Assembly (NCBI GenBank): GCA_016783555.1
Contig: JADHWH010000001.1
Coordinates: forward strand, 16,913 to 80,912
DNA: 64,000 bases
From: Candidatus Omnitrophota bacterium
GTDB lineage: Bacteria > Omnitrophota > Gorgyraeia > JABMRJ01
Direction of reading: 5' to 3'
Shown here: piece after piece, positions 46,660 through 57,300 of the stretch
How the letters are laid out: the number at the start of each line of letters is the position of its first letter
Position numbering within the stretch: position 1 is the first letter of the stretch
Program-made: the position numbers and the translations under genes
Notes under the pieces: generated by a model
Databases searched by the model: none
What the model was told of the DNA's origin: nothing
The model's input: the letters and a program-made list of their open reading frames with translations, nothing else

Positions 46660-49600
46660 TCATAACTTCCTATAATGCAATTGCTCTTGAGAGACATTAT
46701 CAGCAGAGTCTGCGGCTTCCGCCTTAAAATCGATTGAAGGTGCCTTTATCACAAGATAATGCTTCTTCTTTTTAATCGACCAGCGCTTGCCGCATTTCGG
46801 CCTGCGCCTTAAGCGTAGGGTCTGGTCATTATCAACTAAAAGTAGCCCTTTTTTCAACTGATTCAGTATATCCTCAGCATCAGGGCCCTTTATGGTGAGG
46901 GACCTTTTTCGCTGGTTGATGGTTATGTTCGGAAATTTTCCCTTCTTGAGTTTTATTCTGTAGCCGGTAATATCGGGGGTAACCAGGCTCACCTTTAGTT
47001 TTTTGACTCCCGAGAGGTCATCTTCCGCATTGCAGGTAAGCCGAAAAAGATGATGGTGACAGCACCGGCGATGTTTTCTCTCTATGGCATCCAGGCTTAG
47101 GGATATCGCCGGCGGGGTCTTATCGATCTTAACCTCCAATGATTTAGGGGTCTCGGCATTGGCGGCGTTATCGACAGCCAAATATGTAAAGGTGGTGGCG
47201 CCTTCGGCACTCAAGATTACCTGTGCGGTCTGGCCAAAGACGAGCTCCTCGGCCATCGAGGCGCCGCTCAATTTATAATACAATTCCATTACGCCTGAGC
47301 CGCCTGCGTCATCGACTGCCGAGAGATTGACGTTCACATCGGTGTTGTTCCATCCCGCTCCATTGGCAGGAGGAGTTGTCCACGCCATAGTAACCGGCGC
47401 AATAGTATCTGTCGGGGCAAAGCTGATGATATTTACCGTGGCATTGGTGCGGGTGGCCTCGCCTGCGGAGGGGAAATGGACCGTGGCGTAATTTATCACT
47501 TCGGAGTAATCCTCAATATCCCCCTTCACGTTTACCCCAAAGGTCACAGAGCCGGTCTGGCCAGGCCCTACCTCCCCGATAAACCAGCTGATGGCCCGGG
47601 TCTGCGGGTCATAAATGCCGTCGTTATTGATGAACAAGGTTAAGTCATCCAGGTCCGCCTCTAAGGTATCTGTGATATAGACGCCGTAGGCGGTACCTTC
47701 GCCTTCGTTTTCGTAATCTATGGTGTAGTTGAGGCGGTATCCGGGATCTACCTTACCTTCGGGCAATACGAACTTTTCATTAGGGTCGCGGGCGGTAACA
47801 ATCTCGCTGGTGCCTATCCCGGCGAAGCTGCCTAAAAGAGCGCCGGGGCCCTGTGGCACGGTCCCCGTGAATATATCTTCGAGCAGCATCCAGTTCTGCC
47901 AGCCCCCATGGGTAATCTTATATTCGCTTCTATTCCTTATCTCCACTTCTATCCCCTCTATATCAGCGAAATCCTCTTCTTTAAATAATGCCCCTGTCAT
48001 GGGATTCCCCTGAAGGAAGAACGATCTGGGGTATTCTTCGCCGGCTACCTGAAAGACTAAGAGATCAGGGCCATATTCGTTATTGGGGTTAGATGTGGCA
48101 TTTATCGCGAAGTACTCTACCTCTTTTCCCAAGCTTTCCTCAAGCATATGTATCGCATCGCTTACTCCGCTAAGCTTGGCTCCGATTTCATCCAAGAGAG
48201 GCGCCTTAATCTCTTCTTCTTGAATTTCAAGATCCAATTTCCAATCGCCGCCGAACTGTTTCTTGTAAGAGATGGTGCCGCTAAATCCGTCTAAGAGATC
48301 GTCGTATTTAGACTGGTAGAGGACTACCTTCTTAACCCCTTTCTCTTTATAAATAGGAAGGAGGGTCCGAAAATCAAATAAAATCGGAGAGACTTTATAG
48401 AGGGTAAACTCCTCGCCCTCGGTGGTCCCAAGCATATCCTTTCCTCTCTTAAGCCTCCCATCCGTTACCGGATTTCCTCCGCTGTAACAGATGATGTAAT
48501 TCAATATCTCGCGTACCTCATCCTGGTCGTTGTATTCGGTAGGGACAGGATTGCCGTTTCCGTCCCCAAATATGGGTGAGGCCAAGGCTGCGTGCATGGC
48601 GTCTGTTAAGCCGATGGGATCGCCTCCAGTATTGAGTATCGGCTTCCAACCAGCGTCATATTTGCTGCCGACCGAGCGCCAGGATTTATAAGTGGCGCTC
48701 TCTTCGAATATAATGCCATAGTCATATATAAGTTTTGTGACATATTCATTGGGCGGGAGCCTGACGCCGTTGCGAACCTCACCCATTGTGTCGGAATGCC
48801 ACTGGAAACTCTCTATATTGGCATAATTATGCAACTTCATATGGCCGGGCAGGCCCCACATAACCTCCACTTGAACGGCGAGGTGATCTACCGTCCCTGC
48901 CGGCAGATCACCGAGGTTCCAGGCAACTTCAGCGGTCTCTTCTATGTACTGCACCCCGGAAGAGCCTGAGACGAAATTCACAAACGGGGATAACTGCATA
49001 ATCACGGCCACGTCAGGGGCGTCGGCGCTGCCGTCGTTTCTATATTCGATGATATAGGTTACCGTCTCTCCGGGGCTTATCCTCTGAGGACCCCAGAGCT
49101 CGAGATTCAAAATAGGGGCGGCAGGTAACTCTGACCAGATCATCTTTATCTCCAGCTGCAACCTTCGGGGCTGGACGGTCTCATCCAAAATACCGTAGAT
49201 AGTGCCCAGGAGGGGTTCGGTAAACATTCCTCTCTGTTCTACCCGGCCCGGCTCGTTGACTACATCATAGCTCCACCCGCTTCCCGCACCATTACGAGAG
49301 GTATAGGAGATTATAGAGAAACCCTCCCCGTAATAAGGATTGGCCTCATTATCAATTCTGATGTGTGTGAGGACGATGTTTAAGGACCCTTCATAATCAC
49401 CGCGGGCATTCCCTTCCAGGGCGCTCTGCAGGAGATACAGCTTTTCGGACGGATATTCGGTAATGTCATAGAGCTCTACGGTGCCGTCTATGACCAGCTT
49501 TATGCAGGCCGGCTCAGCGCCGTTCATATTGAGCGTCCAGGTAAACTGAAAATGGTCATAAATGCCGTTTCCCGGGACAGACTCTCCGGCGTAACCATCC

Positions 49601-51414
49601 ATAATGCCGGTCAGGTCCCCCGAGATGGTGCCTTTAAGATAGACCTTTCCTTCTTCTTCTTTATCGAACGATACGCCATGCCACTCTCCGGTATAGTAGC
49701 TGCCATCGATAGTGGCTGACCAGTCGCCCTTGAAGAAACCTTCGTCTTCAAAGGGGCCGGAGCTTATGTGGACCGCTTCGACATTGGTAAGCTCGATATC
49801 CGCCTCTAAGTCTCCGGTAACTGACGTAGTGGTCATAGTCATATGCTGACTGACGACAACCTCGAATGTCGTCTGGGCATTCGAGGTTGTCTCCTCCAGG
49901 GCAGGAGGCGGCGGCTGAAAGTAAAGCCAGAACGGCTGCATCAGCGGGTATTGGTCGTTATCCGACTCTAAATTATAAGGGGTATCCCCTATCCCGTCGT
50001 TATCGGTGTCGACGCCCCAGTAATCACTCCAGCGATTACCAAGATAATTGGTATATTCGGTTTCGTTATATACGTAATCAACCGGCTCCGGAGAATTCCA
50101 GAGGTTGCCGGTGTTGTCAAAAGAATAGCCGTTTCCGTAGGCAAGGTTGTCTACAAAATCATTGAGGTATATTCTGTTATTGTCGCTGGAATAAATAAGA
50201 TAAATCCCCCAGCCGTTTAATACCACTGTATTCTCGGTAATGGTATTGCTGCCGGCGCTGTGGAGGCTTATACCCTTGCTGCTATTAGTAATGCTATTAT
50301 CAACAAGGGTGTTTCCGTTAGAAGAACGCAGACCGATCCCAAAATGGTTGTTCGAATTCGTGGCATTGCCTTCCAGCATATTGTTGTGGGAACTCACATT
50401 GAGGTATATTCCGTAGAAGTTTGAGTTCGCGTAATTATCGCTCAAAGTGTTATTGGAGGAACTGATGAGATAGAACCCCCACATATTTGAGGTGGCGTTA
50501 CTATCGGTAACTACGTTATTATTGGAATTGTAGAGATAAACCCCCCTGATGCTATTCGAAACAAAGACATTTTCTATCCGCGAATTGTGGGTGCTCCTGA
50601 AGAAGATGCCATAAAATTTATTGCTTATGGCCAAGTCTCGCACGGTGATGTCGTCACAAGAGATAAAGTACAACAGACCGGGGTCGATTGAGGCGCCGTA
50701 AGTTTGGCCGGTTGCGCCTACTATGTAATACATGGGTTTGCCGCCGACTAAGTTAGACGTGTCTATATCATGATGGTAGTAGTAATCCCCCCCGGAGCCG
50801 ATAAGATAAAAATCATACCTGTTGGCTGACATGGTATTATTGGTAAAAGTATTGTTGCCGCAGTTTTCCATGTAGATACCATAGTTGCCGTTCGAATTGC
50901 AGGTATTGCCGGAGAGGATGTTGTCGTTGCTGTTTTGGGTGAGGTCGATTCCGTTGCCCGTATTGGAGTTTAGGGTATTGTTGGTGAGGGTATTACTTGG
51001 AGAGCGGTAAAGCTGAATTCCGTCATTATTTGAGCTGACATTATTCCCCTCTAAGATACAGCTGTTACAATCCTGAAGAGAAATCCCATTGGAGAATTGC
51101 GTCACATTTAGATTCTTGATGGTAACGCCGGTCTTCATCCATAGGTATACGCCGTTTCCCGAGCCGGTTCCGGTTATGGTATGCCCGTTGCCCTCTAAGG
51201 TCACGTTGTCGGTATCTATCTGGACACCCTGGTCGAGATCCGCAGTTAAAGTGGCTATTCTTGTATCCGGGTCCCAGGTGCCGATCGCCGGGTCACTCCA
51301 CCCCACATCGGTCAAATGGTAAGCGCCTTGCCCTTCCGCCTCTTCTATATTAACCAGAATAAGACATAAAATTAAGGGGATAAAACGAGTGATTGATTTT
51401 TGTAGTGTAGACAT
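46660..51414 (-). CDS. Very large secreted protein: signal peptide + right-handed parallel beta-helix (PbH1) repeats + DUF11/Ig-like C-terminal domains
   Basis: The N-terminus is MSTLQKSITRFIPLILCLILVNIEEAEG. Degenerate beta-helix repeats follow (NNTLNSNTGNGIDLTQNSNDNILSGNTCNSNGNYGIY...). The C-terminus contains DUF11-like GETVTYIIEYRNDGSADAPDV. Confidence 0.7.
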   Translation of the reverse strand: MSTLQKSITRFIPLILCLILVNIEEAEGQGAYHLTDVGWSDPAIGTWDPDTRIATLTADLDQGVQIDTDNVTLEGNGHTITGTGSGNGVYLWMKTGVTIKNLNVTQFSNGISLQDCNSCILEGNNVSSNNDGIQLYRSPSNTLTNNTLNSNTGNGIDLTQNSNDNILSGNTCNSNGNYGIYMENCGNNTFTNNTMSANRYDFYLIGSGGDYYYHHDIDTSNLVGGKPMYYIVGATGQTYGASIDPGLLYFISCDDITVRDLAISNKFYGIFFRSTHNSRIENVFVSNSIRGVYLYNSNNNVVTDSNATSNMWGFYLISSSNNTLSDNYANSNFYGIYLNVSSHNNMLEGNATNSNNHFGIGLRSSNGNTLVDNSITNSSKGISLHSAGSNTITENTVVLNGWGIYLIYSSDNNRIYLNDFVDNLAYGNGYSFDNTGNLWNSPEPVDYVYNETEYTNYLGNRWSDYWGVDTDNDGIGDTPYNLESDNDQYPLMQPFWLYFQPPPPALEETTSNAQTTFEVVVSQHMTMTTTSVTGDLEADIELTNVEAVHISSGPFEDEGFFKGDWSATIDGSYYTGEWHGVSFDKEEEGKVYLKGTISGDLTGIMDGYAGESVPGNGIYDHFQFTWTLNMNGAEPACIKLVIDGTVELYDITEYPSEKLYLLQSALEGNARGDYEGSLNIVLTHIRIDNEANPYYGEGFSIISYTSRNGAGSGWSYDVVNEPGRVEQRGMFTEPLLGTIYGILDETVQPRRLQLEIKMIWSELPAAPILNLELWGPQRISPGETVTYIIEYRNDGSADAPDVAVIMQLSPFVNFVSGSSGVQYIEETAEVAWNLGDLPAGTVDHLAVQVEVMWGLPGHMKLHNYANIESFQWHSDTMGEVRNGVRLPPNEYVTKLIYDYGIIFEESATYKSWRSVGSKYDAGWKPILNTGGDPIGLTDAMHAALASPIFGDGNGNPVPTEYNDQDEVREILNYIICYSGGNPVTDGRLKRGKDMLGTTEGEEFTLYKVSPILFDFRTLLPIYKEKGVKKVVLYQSKYDDLLDGFSGTISYKKQFGGDWKLDLEIQEEEIKAPLLDEIGAKLSGVSDAIHMLEESLGKEVEYFAINATSNPNNEYGPDLLVFQVAGEEYPRSFFLQGNPMTGALFKEEDFADIEGIEVEIRNRSEYKITHGGWQNWMLLEDIFTGTVPQGPGALLGSFAGIGTSEIVTARDPNEKFVLPEGKVDPGYRLNYTIDYENEGEGTAYGVYITDTLEADLDDLTLFINNDGIYDPQTRAISWFIGEVGPGQTGSVTFGVNVKGDIEDYSEVINYATVHFPSAGEATRTNATVNIISFAPTDTIAPVTMAWTTPPANGAGWNNTDVNVNLSAVDDAGGSGVMELYYKLSGASMAEELVFGQTAQVILSAEGATTFTYLAVDNAANAETPKSLEVKIDKTPPAISLSLDAIERKHRRCCHHHLFRLTCNAEDDLSGVKKLKVSLVTPDITGYRIKLKKGKFPNITINQRKRSLTIKGPDAEDILNQLKKGLLLVDNDQTLRLRRRPKCGKRWSIKKKKHYLVIKAPSIDFKAEAADSADNVSQEQLHYRKL

Positions 51415-51454
51415 TTTTTATAACCTTTTTTAAAATAGTTTAAAATAGGGACAT

Positions 51455-52150
51455 TTAAAATAGGGACAGACACCATTTATACTTCTTCTTCGGTCTGCCT
51501 TTTGGTTTTAATCTTAAAAATCTATTAAGCTTCCTTTCAAGTTTTTCTATGAAATCACTGCTGCCCAGCGGTCTTCCCTTTCTGGTGCTTTCTCTTATTT
51601 GTTTTATCTCATCGGGATTATCCGATAATTCTATGAATTTCTTCCAGTCTTTTTGGTTGTATTCGATATAGTCAAAAAGCTTATTTACTCCCAACTCATC
51701 ATATTTGTTTACTTCACAGTGTACTTTTGCGCTCGAAGACTCCCACAGACACGGATTGTTGACCATTCTTGCCCGCACGGGGTTCCTTTCTATGTAACGT
51801 ACACATGCTATGGTGTGTTGTTCATCTATTATGCATGAAAAGAATCTTCCTTGGAATAAATGGCCGCTTACGTGCATCTTCTTGTTATAATACTGCGAAT
51901 ATTTCATATTTACATATTTAAATACCTTCCCCATAGAATCTTCTTTCTGGGGAATTCCGATAAGATGTACGTGGTTTGGCATGAGGCAGTAAGCTACTAC
52001 TGTTAAGTAGTACCGTTTAGCCTCGTCTCTTAGAAGCGCTATATACTTCTTATAATCAGCGTCACTAGAAAATATCTTCTGCCTGTAATTTCCACGTTGA
52101 GTTATATGGTGCGGGTATTCTGCTGCAACGACTCTGGCAATTCGTGGCAT
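51455..52150 (-). CDS. RAYT / IS200-IS605-family Y1 (HuH) transposase
   Basis: The motifs are HITQRGN, LMPNHVHLIG (HuH), FQGRFF and YIERNPVRA (catalytic Tyr). Confidence 0.8.
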   Translation of the reverse strand: MPRIARVVAAEYPHHITQRGNYRQKIFSSDADYKKYIALLRDEAKRYYLTVVAYCLMPNHVHLIGIPQKEDSMGKVFKYVNMKYSQYYNKKMHVSGHLFQGRFFSCIIDEQHTIACVRYIERNPVRARMVNNPCLWESSSAKVHCEVNKYDELGVNKLFDYIEYNQKDWKKFIELSDNPDEIKQIRESTRKGRPLGSSDFIEKLERKLNRFLRLKPKGRPKKKYKWCLSLF

Positions 52151-52203
52151 GCATCAATTATATTATCTTGGGGAAATGGTGTCAAGAAAATAGGTGTCTG
52201 TCC
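51464..52203 (-). mobile_element. RAYT/IS200-like element bounded by imperfect terminal inverted repeats
   Basis: GGACAGACACCATTT at 51464-51478 is inverted relative to AAATGGTGTC...GGTGTCTGTCC at 52174-52203. AAAATAGGG direct repeats lie at 51442 and 51457, and AAAATAGG lies at 52187. Confidence 0.55.
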
Positions 52204-52318
52204 AAAAATGCGCTCGAAATGAACGCGGTCATTTAAAGCGCCTCACGTGCAAGGTCGTCTTTACTTATAGAACTGGTCTGTTACGGTAAACTTATATTAA
52301 CCGAATGGGAGGGTCTCT

Positions 52319-53836
52319 CTATATTTGGAATAAGTTCTTGCTGGAGAAATTCGGATCGCTGGTAAGGTTAACCCCTAACCTCCTTAAACCAGTTTCATCG
52401 CCGGGGGCAGGGATATGGGTCATATGTACCTCGCAACTCTGTAATCCTTTTAGCTTCTCCATCGCCAATCGAGCGGTCGGGTTTGTCGCTGCGCTTATAC
52501 TAAGGGCGATAAATGTCTCTTCTAAATCGAGACTTACCGTCTTTCCCGACAATATATCCTCTTTAAGATTAGCGATCGACTCTATAATATTAGGCGATAA
52601 TAGATGTATCCTATCAGGGATCTCCGCTAATTTCTTAATCGCATTTAAGATGAGGCTCGATGCGGCATGCATCAATGGGGAGTTCTTTCCGGTAACTATT
52701 GAACCGTCCTTTAACTCAATAGCTGCTCCGCAATAAATACCCTCATTGCCCTTTTCTTCCGCTTCCGCTTCCTCTGCCGTCTCTCTCGCCGGTTTAATCA
52801 CTCTTCTCTGTTCTTGATTTACATTAAGACCTTCCATAAGAAGTTCTACCCTCTCGACTGTCTCCTTATCCACAAAACCCATGGCATACTCACAGGAGTA
52901 TCTAAAGAACCTCCTTATAATTTCCTGTTTTGCCGCTTCTCTTACAGCTTTGTCATTAACGATTCCAAAACCGGCCTTATTTACACCCATATCTGTCGGA
53001 GATTTATATATAGACTCGGCTCCCGTTATCTTCTCCAATATTCTCTTTAGCACAGGAAATATCTCTACGTCGCGATTATAATTTATCGCTTCTTTCTTGT
53101 AAGTCTCTAAATGGAACGGATCGACAAGGTTAAAATCCCTAAGGTCGGCTGTGGCTGCTTCATAAGCCACATTTGCCGGATGCTTAAGAGGTATATTCCA
53201 AATAGGAAAGGTCTCAAATTTAGCGTATCCGCTCTTTTGCCCTTTTCTATAATCATGATATAGTTGAGAAAGGCAGGTAGCTAATTTACCGCTGCCCGGG
53301 CCGGGGCCTGTAACTATAACCAAAGGATTTTTGGTCTCTATATATTCATTTGCGCCATAACCTTCATCGCTTACGATTACATCTATATCTGTAGGATATC
53401 CTTTTGTAAAACGGTGCGTATATACCTTTATTCCTCGACGCTCTAATTTATTCTTAAATATATTGGCAGCGGGCTGGTCATGAAAACGCGTTATGACTAC
53501 CGCGGCTATATCGAGGTCCCAGCTTCTTAAGTCATCTATGAGCTTCAGCGCATCCACATCATAGGTGATTCCGAAATCCGCCCTGATCTTCTTTCTCTCG
53601 ATATCGCCGGCGTAGATGCAGAGTACGATATCGGCCTTGTCTTTCAATTTTTGGAGCAGCCTCATCTTGACATTAGGGTCGAAGCCGGGCAGTACGCGAG
53701 AGGCGTGATAATCAAAGATAATCTTACCCCCGAATTCCAGATATAGTTTATTATTAAACCTCTTTACCCTTTTTAAGATCGCGGCGGACTGTTCTTTTAA
53801 ATATCTCTCATTATCAAAACCTATTTTTTGCTCCAT
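52319..53836 (-). CDS. DUF1846 / UPF0371 family protein
   Basis: Family-typical blocks: [53 protein letters not shown] and YEAATADL. Confidence 0.7.
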   Translation of the reverse strand: MEQKIGFDNERYLKEQSAAILKRVKRFNNKLYLEFGGKIIFDYHASRVLPGFDPNVKMRLLQKLKDKADIVLCIYAGDIERKKIRADFGITYDVDALKLIDDLRSWDLDIAAVVITRFHDQPAANIFKNKLERRGIKVYTHRFTKGYPTDIDVIVSDEGYGANEYIETKNPLVIVTGPGPGSGKLATCLSQLYHDYRKGQKSGYAKFETFPIWNIPLKHPANVAYEAATADLRDFNLVDPFHLETYKKEAINYNRDVEIFPVLKRILEKITGAESIYKSPTDMGVNKAGFGIVNDKAVREAAKQEIIRRFFRYSCEYAMGFVDKETVERVELLMEGLNVNQEQRRVIKPARETAEEAEAEEKGNEGIYCGAAIELKDGSIVTGKNSPLMHAASSLILNAIKKLAEIPDRIHLLSPNIIESIANLKEDILSGKTVSLDLEETFIALSISAATNPTARLAMEKLKGLQSCEVHMTHIPAPGDETGLRRLGVNLTSDPNFSSKNLFQI

Positions 53837-53893
53837 ATAACACCTTCTTTATCTCTGCAATGCTGCGCGCGAAAAGAGCCGAGCGAAGCAGAA

Positions 53894-56800
53894 CTACCTG
53901 TCCTTATAATAATCCTGCAGCGGCTTGGGTATAATCTTTGATTTCTTTATGGCCAGTATGCCTTTTGCGCTGGCCTCCGCGGCTGCCATGGACGTAAGAT
54001 AAGGGACCTTATGCTGTATAGCCTTCATCCTGATGTAGCTGTCGTCATATTTACTGCTCCTGCCTATCGGCGTATTGACAATAAGGTTTATCTCCTTATT
54101 TTTAATGGCGTCTTCGATATTCGGCCTGCCCTCATGAAGCTTATTTATCCGTCTATTCTCGATACCATTTTCTCTTAAAAAACGCGATGTATTTTCGGTG
54201 GCCAAAATCTTCAGGCCCACCTTTTGAAGGTCTCTGGCTATAGGCACTAAATCCTCTTTGTCCTTATCCGCTACGGTTAATAGGACATTCCCCTCTATGG
54301 GTAATTTTGTCCCTGCCGCCTCCTGCGCCTTGTAAAAAGCGAGATCGAATGTATCGGCGATGCCCATAACCTCGCCGGTGGCTCTCATCTCAGGTCCTAA
54401 AAGCGGGTCTACCTCCGGAAACATATTAAATGGAAAGACCGCTTCTTTAACGCCGACGTAGGGCAATTTGTACTTCTTAAGCTCCGGGAAATCTTTTAAT
54501 CTCTTGCCCAGCATTATTTGAGTCGCTATGCGCGCTATAGGAATACCTGTGATTTTAGAGACAAGCGGAACCGTGCGTGAAGCCCTGGGGTTGGCCTCGA
54601 GTATATAGACCTTGTCATTGCAGATAGCGTATTGGATATTCATAAGCCCTATAACCTTTAGCTCTTCGGCAATCTTAGCGGTATATTCCTCAATCGTTCT
54701 TAAATGCTTCTCCTCGATAGTCCTGGCAGGGATAGCGCATGCGGAGTCCCCCGAATGGACGCCCGCCAGCTCTATATGCTCCATAATGGCCGCTACGAAG
54801 GTATTATCTCCGTCGGAAAGGGCATCCACTTCTATCTCAGTAGCGTCTTCAAGGAATCTATCGATAAGCATCGGGTGTTCCGGGCTTACATCAATAGCCT
54901 CTTTGGCATATTTTAAAAGCATAGTCTCGTCGTAAATAATCTCCATACCGCGGCCGCCCAAGACATACGATGGACGCACCATGAGTGGAAAGTCGATCCT
55001 CCGGGCTATCTCGAGCGCCTCGTCTAAGGAGCGCGCCGTGCCGCTTTCTGCCTGGGGGATCTTAAGCCTTATCATCTTCTCGCGGAAACGCTCTCTATCT
55101 TCAGCCAGATGGATGCTCTCAGGGCTCGTCCCCAAAATATTAACGCCGTTTTGTTTTAACTCCTGGGCAATATTAAGCGGGGTCTGTCCGCCGAATTGGA
55201 CGATAACGCCCTCGGGCTTTTCTTTCTCATAAATAGTCAGGACATCTTCAACCGTAAGCGGTTCAAAGTATAGTTTATTTGAGGTATCGTAATCCGTAGA
55301 TACCGTCTCGGGATTACAGTTAACCATAATCGACTCAAGGCCTTCATCGCGCAGGGCAAAGGCGGCATGGACGCAGGTATAATCAAATTCAATCCCCTGC
55401 CCTATGCGGTTCGGGCCGCCGCCCAGGATCATCACCTTCTTATTCGGCGATACAGGGACGGAATCTTCGGCGATATAGGTAGAATAATAATACGCCGCGT
55501 CTTTGACGCCGCTTACCGGGACGGTCTCAAATCTCCCGCGCTTTCCTATTGATATCCTTTTGGTCCTTACGTCTTTCTCTTTTAAATTAAATAGGCCCGC
55601 GAGATAGCGGTCCGAAAAGCCCCATTCCTTCGCCTTGGCCAGTTTCTCATCGGGAAGCTTCTTCCAAGTATATGTAAGGAGTTCCTCTTCATATTCCACG
55701 AGCTCCTTCATCTCGTTTATAAAGTAGCGGCCGATATGCGTCAATTTGTAAAGGTCCTCAATCGCTGCGCCTTTTCGAAGCGCCTCATACATCAAAAAGA
55801 TACGTTCACTTGAAGGAGCGGCCAATCTCTCCATCAACCTGTCAAGCGAAAGCGTCTTAAAATCCTTCGCCCCGCCTAAGCCGTATCGCTTTATCTCAAG
55901 AGAGCGGATGGCTTTCTGAAAGGCCTCCTTAAACGTCTTTCCTATGCTCATCACCTCGCCTACCGCCTTCATCTGGGTCCCGATAATATCCTTGGCCTTG
56001 GGAAACTTTTCAAATGCCCATCGCGCGAATTTAATAACTACATAATCGCCCCACGGCTCATACTTCTCAAGAGTCCCCTTTCTCCAATAGGGTATCTCAT
56101 CCATTGTTATCCCCACGGCGAGCTTGGTTGAGATACGGGCGATGGGAAATCCCGTCGCCTTAGACGCCAATGCCGATGAACGCGATGTCCTGGGGTTTAT
56201 CTCAATTACTACCAATCTATCATCTTTTAGATTATGGGCGAATTGGATATTGGTCCCGCCCAAAACGCCTATGGCGTCTACGATCTTATAAGAAAGCTCC
56301 TGCATCCGTTTCTGCAAGGGCTTTGGAACGGTAAGCATGGGCGCTGTGCAGAAACTGTCCCCTGTATGAACACCCATGGCATCTACATTCTCAATAAAAC
56401 AGACCGTGATCTTCTGGTCCTTCTGATCCCTAACGACCTCCAGCTCCAGCTCTTCCCAGCCGATAACAGCTTCTTCCACTAAGACCTGGTGCACCAGGCT
56501 GGCAGCCAGACCGCGGCCCACAATCGTCCTTAATTCATCTATGTTATAAGCGATCCCCCCGCCTGTCCCACCTAATGTATAGGCCGGCCTTAAGACCACG
56601 GGGTATCCGAGTTTCTCCACTATTCTTTCGGCCTCTTCCACGGAATGGCACGGCGAGGATTTAGGCATTTCAATCTTCAGTCTATTCATTGTCTCTTTGA
56701 AGGCTATGCGGTCTTCGCCGCGCTCGATGGCATCGGCTTTAACACCGATAATCTCAACATCGTATTTTTTCAATATACCCTTCTTAAAAAGGCTGGATGC

Positions 56801-57094
56801 GAGATTAAGGCCTGTCTGCCCCCCTAAGTTCGGCAGAAGTGCGTCGGGTCTCTCTTTCTCGATAATCTTCTCCACGCTCTCCACAGTAAGCGGTTCAAGG
56901 TATGTCCTGTCGGCCGTGCCCGGATCGGTCATAATCGTCGCCGGATTGGAATTGACCAGCACAACCTCATACCCTTCTTCCCTGAGCGCCTTACAGGCTT
57001 GAGTTCCCGAATAATCAAACTCGCAGGCCTGGCCGATAATAATAGGGCCTGAACCTATGATTAAGATCTTATGTATATCTTCTCTCTTCGGCAT
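53894..57094 (-). CDS. carB: Carbamoyl-phosphate synthase large subunit
   Basis: 1,066-aa protein with MPKREDIHKILIIGSGPIIIGQACEFDYSGTQACKALREEGY and the duplicated ATP-grasp architecture. Confidence 0.95.
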   Translation of the reverse strand: MPKREDIHKILIIGSGPIIIGQACEFDYSGTQACKALREEGYEVVLVNSNPATIMTDPGTADRTYLEPLTVESVEKIIEKERPDALLPNLGGQTGLNLASSLFKKGILKKYDVEIIGVKADAIERGEDRIAFKETMNRLKIEMPKSSPCHSVEEAERIVEKLGYPVVLRPAYTLGGTGGGIAYNIDELRTIVGRGLAASLVHQVLVEEAVIGWEELELEVVRDQKDQKITVCFIENVDAMGVHTGDSFCTAPMLTVPKPLQKRMQELSYKIVDAIGVLGGTNIQFAHNLKDDRLVVIEINPRTSRSSALASKATGFPIARISTKLAVGITMDEIPYWRKGTLEKYEPWGDYVVIKFARWAFEKFPKAKDIIGTQMKAVGEVMSIGKTFKEAFQKAIRSLEIKRYGLGGAKDFKTLSLDRLMERLAAPSSERIFLMYEALRKGAAIEDLYKLTHIGRYFINEMKELVEYEEELLTYTWKKLPDEKLAKAKEWGFSDRYLAGLFNLKEKDVRTKRISIGKRGRFETVPVSGVKDAAYYYSTYIAEDSVPVSPNKKVMILGGGPNRIGQGIEFDYTCVHAAFALRDEGLESIMVNCNPETVSTDYDTSNKLYFEPLTVEDVLTIYEKEKPEGVIVQFGGQTPLNIAQELKQNGVNILGTSPESIHLAEDRERFREKMIRLKIPQAESGTARSLDEALEIARRIDFPLMVRPSYVLGGRGMEIIYDETMLLKYAKEAIDVSPEHPMLIDRFLEDATEIEVDALSDGDNTFVAAIMEHIELAGVHSGDSACAIPARTIEEKHLRTIEEYTAKIAEELKVIGLMNIQYAICNDKVYILEANPRASRTVPLVSKITGIPIARIATQIMLGKRLKDFPELKKYKLPYVGVKEAVFPFNMFPEVDPLLGPEMRATGEVMGIADTFDLAFYKAQEAAGTKLPIEGNVLLTVADKDKEDLVPIARDLQKVGLKILATENTSRFLRENGIENRRINKLHEGRPNIEDAIKNKEINLIVNTPIGRSSKYDDSYIRMKAIQHKVPYLTSMAAAEASAKGILAIKKSKIIPKPLQDYYKDR

Positions 57095-57127
57095 TGTTTA
57101 TCCTTTCAACTTTACATCTTTTTTTAT

Positions 57128-57178
57128 AAAAAAAGAGACGTCCCCTCCACCAATTTTCGGTCTTGAGAACGTCTTTGT
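57128..57178 (-). terminator. Dyad + U7 in the carB leader (candidate attenuator/terminator)
   Basis: The minus-strand RNA reads AGACGU-(27 nt)-ACGUCUC followed by UUUUUUU. It lies about 30 nt upstream of the carB ATG and downstream of the predicted carB promoter. Confidence 0.3.
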
Positions 57179-57215
57179 CCTAAACATCGCTAACATTGCG
57201 TTTCTGTTTAAGTCA

Positions 57216-57244
57216 ATTTTATATAATTCTGCATAATATGTCAA
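57216..57244 (-). promoter_or_regulatory. Sigma70-type promoter for carB
   Basis: On the minus strand the sequence reads TTGACA-17nt-TAAAAT. It sits between the GAF-ANTAR gene stop and carB. Confidence 0.5.
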
Positions 57245-57300
57245 GAAAAAAATTCGTTAAAATTCAACACCGGTTTAATCCTGATAATTTTGGTTTTCAC

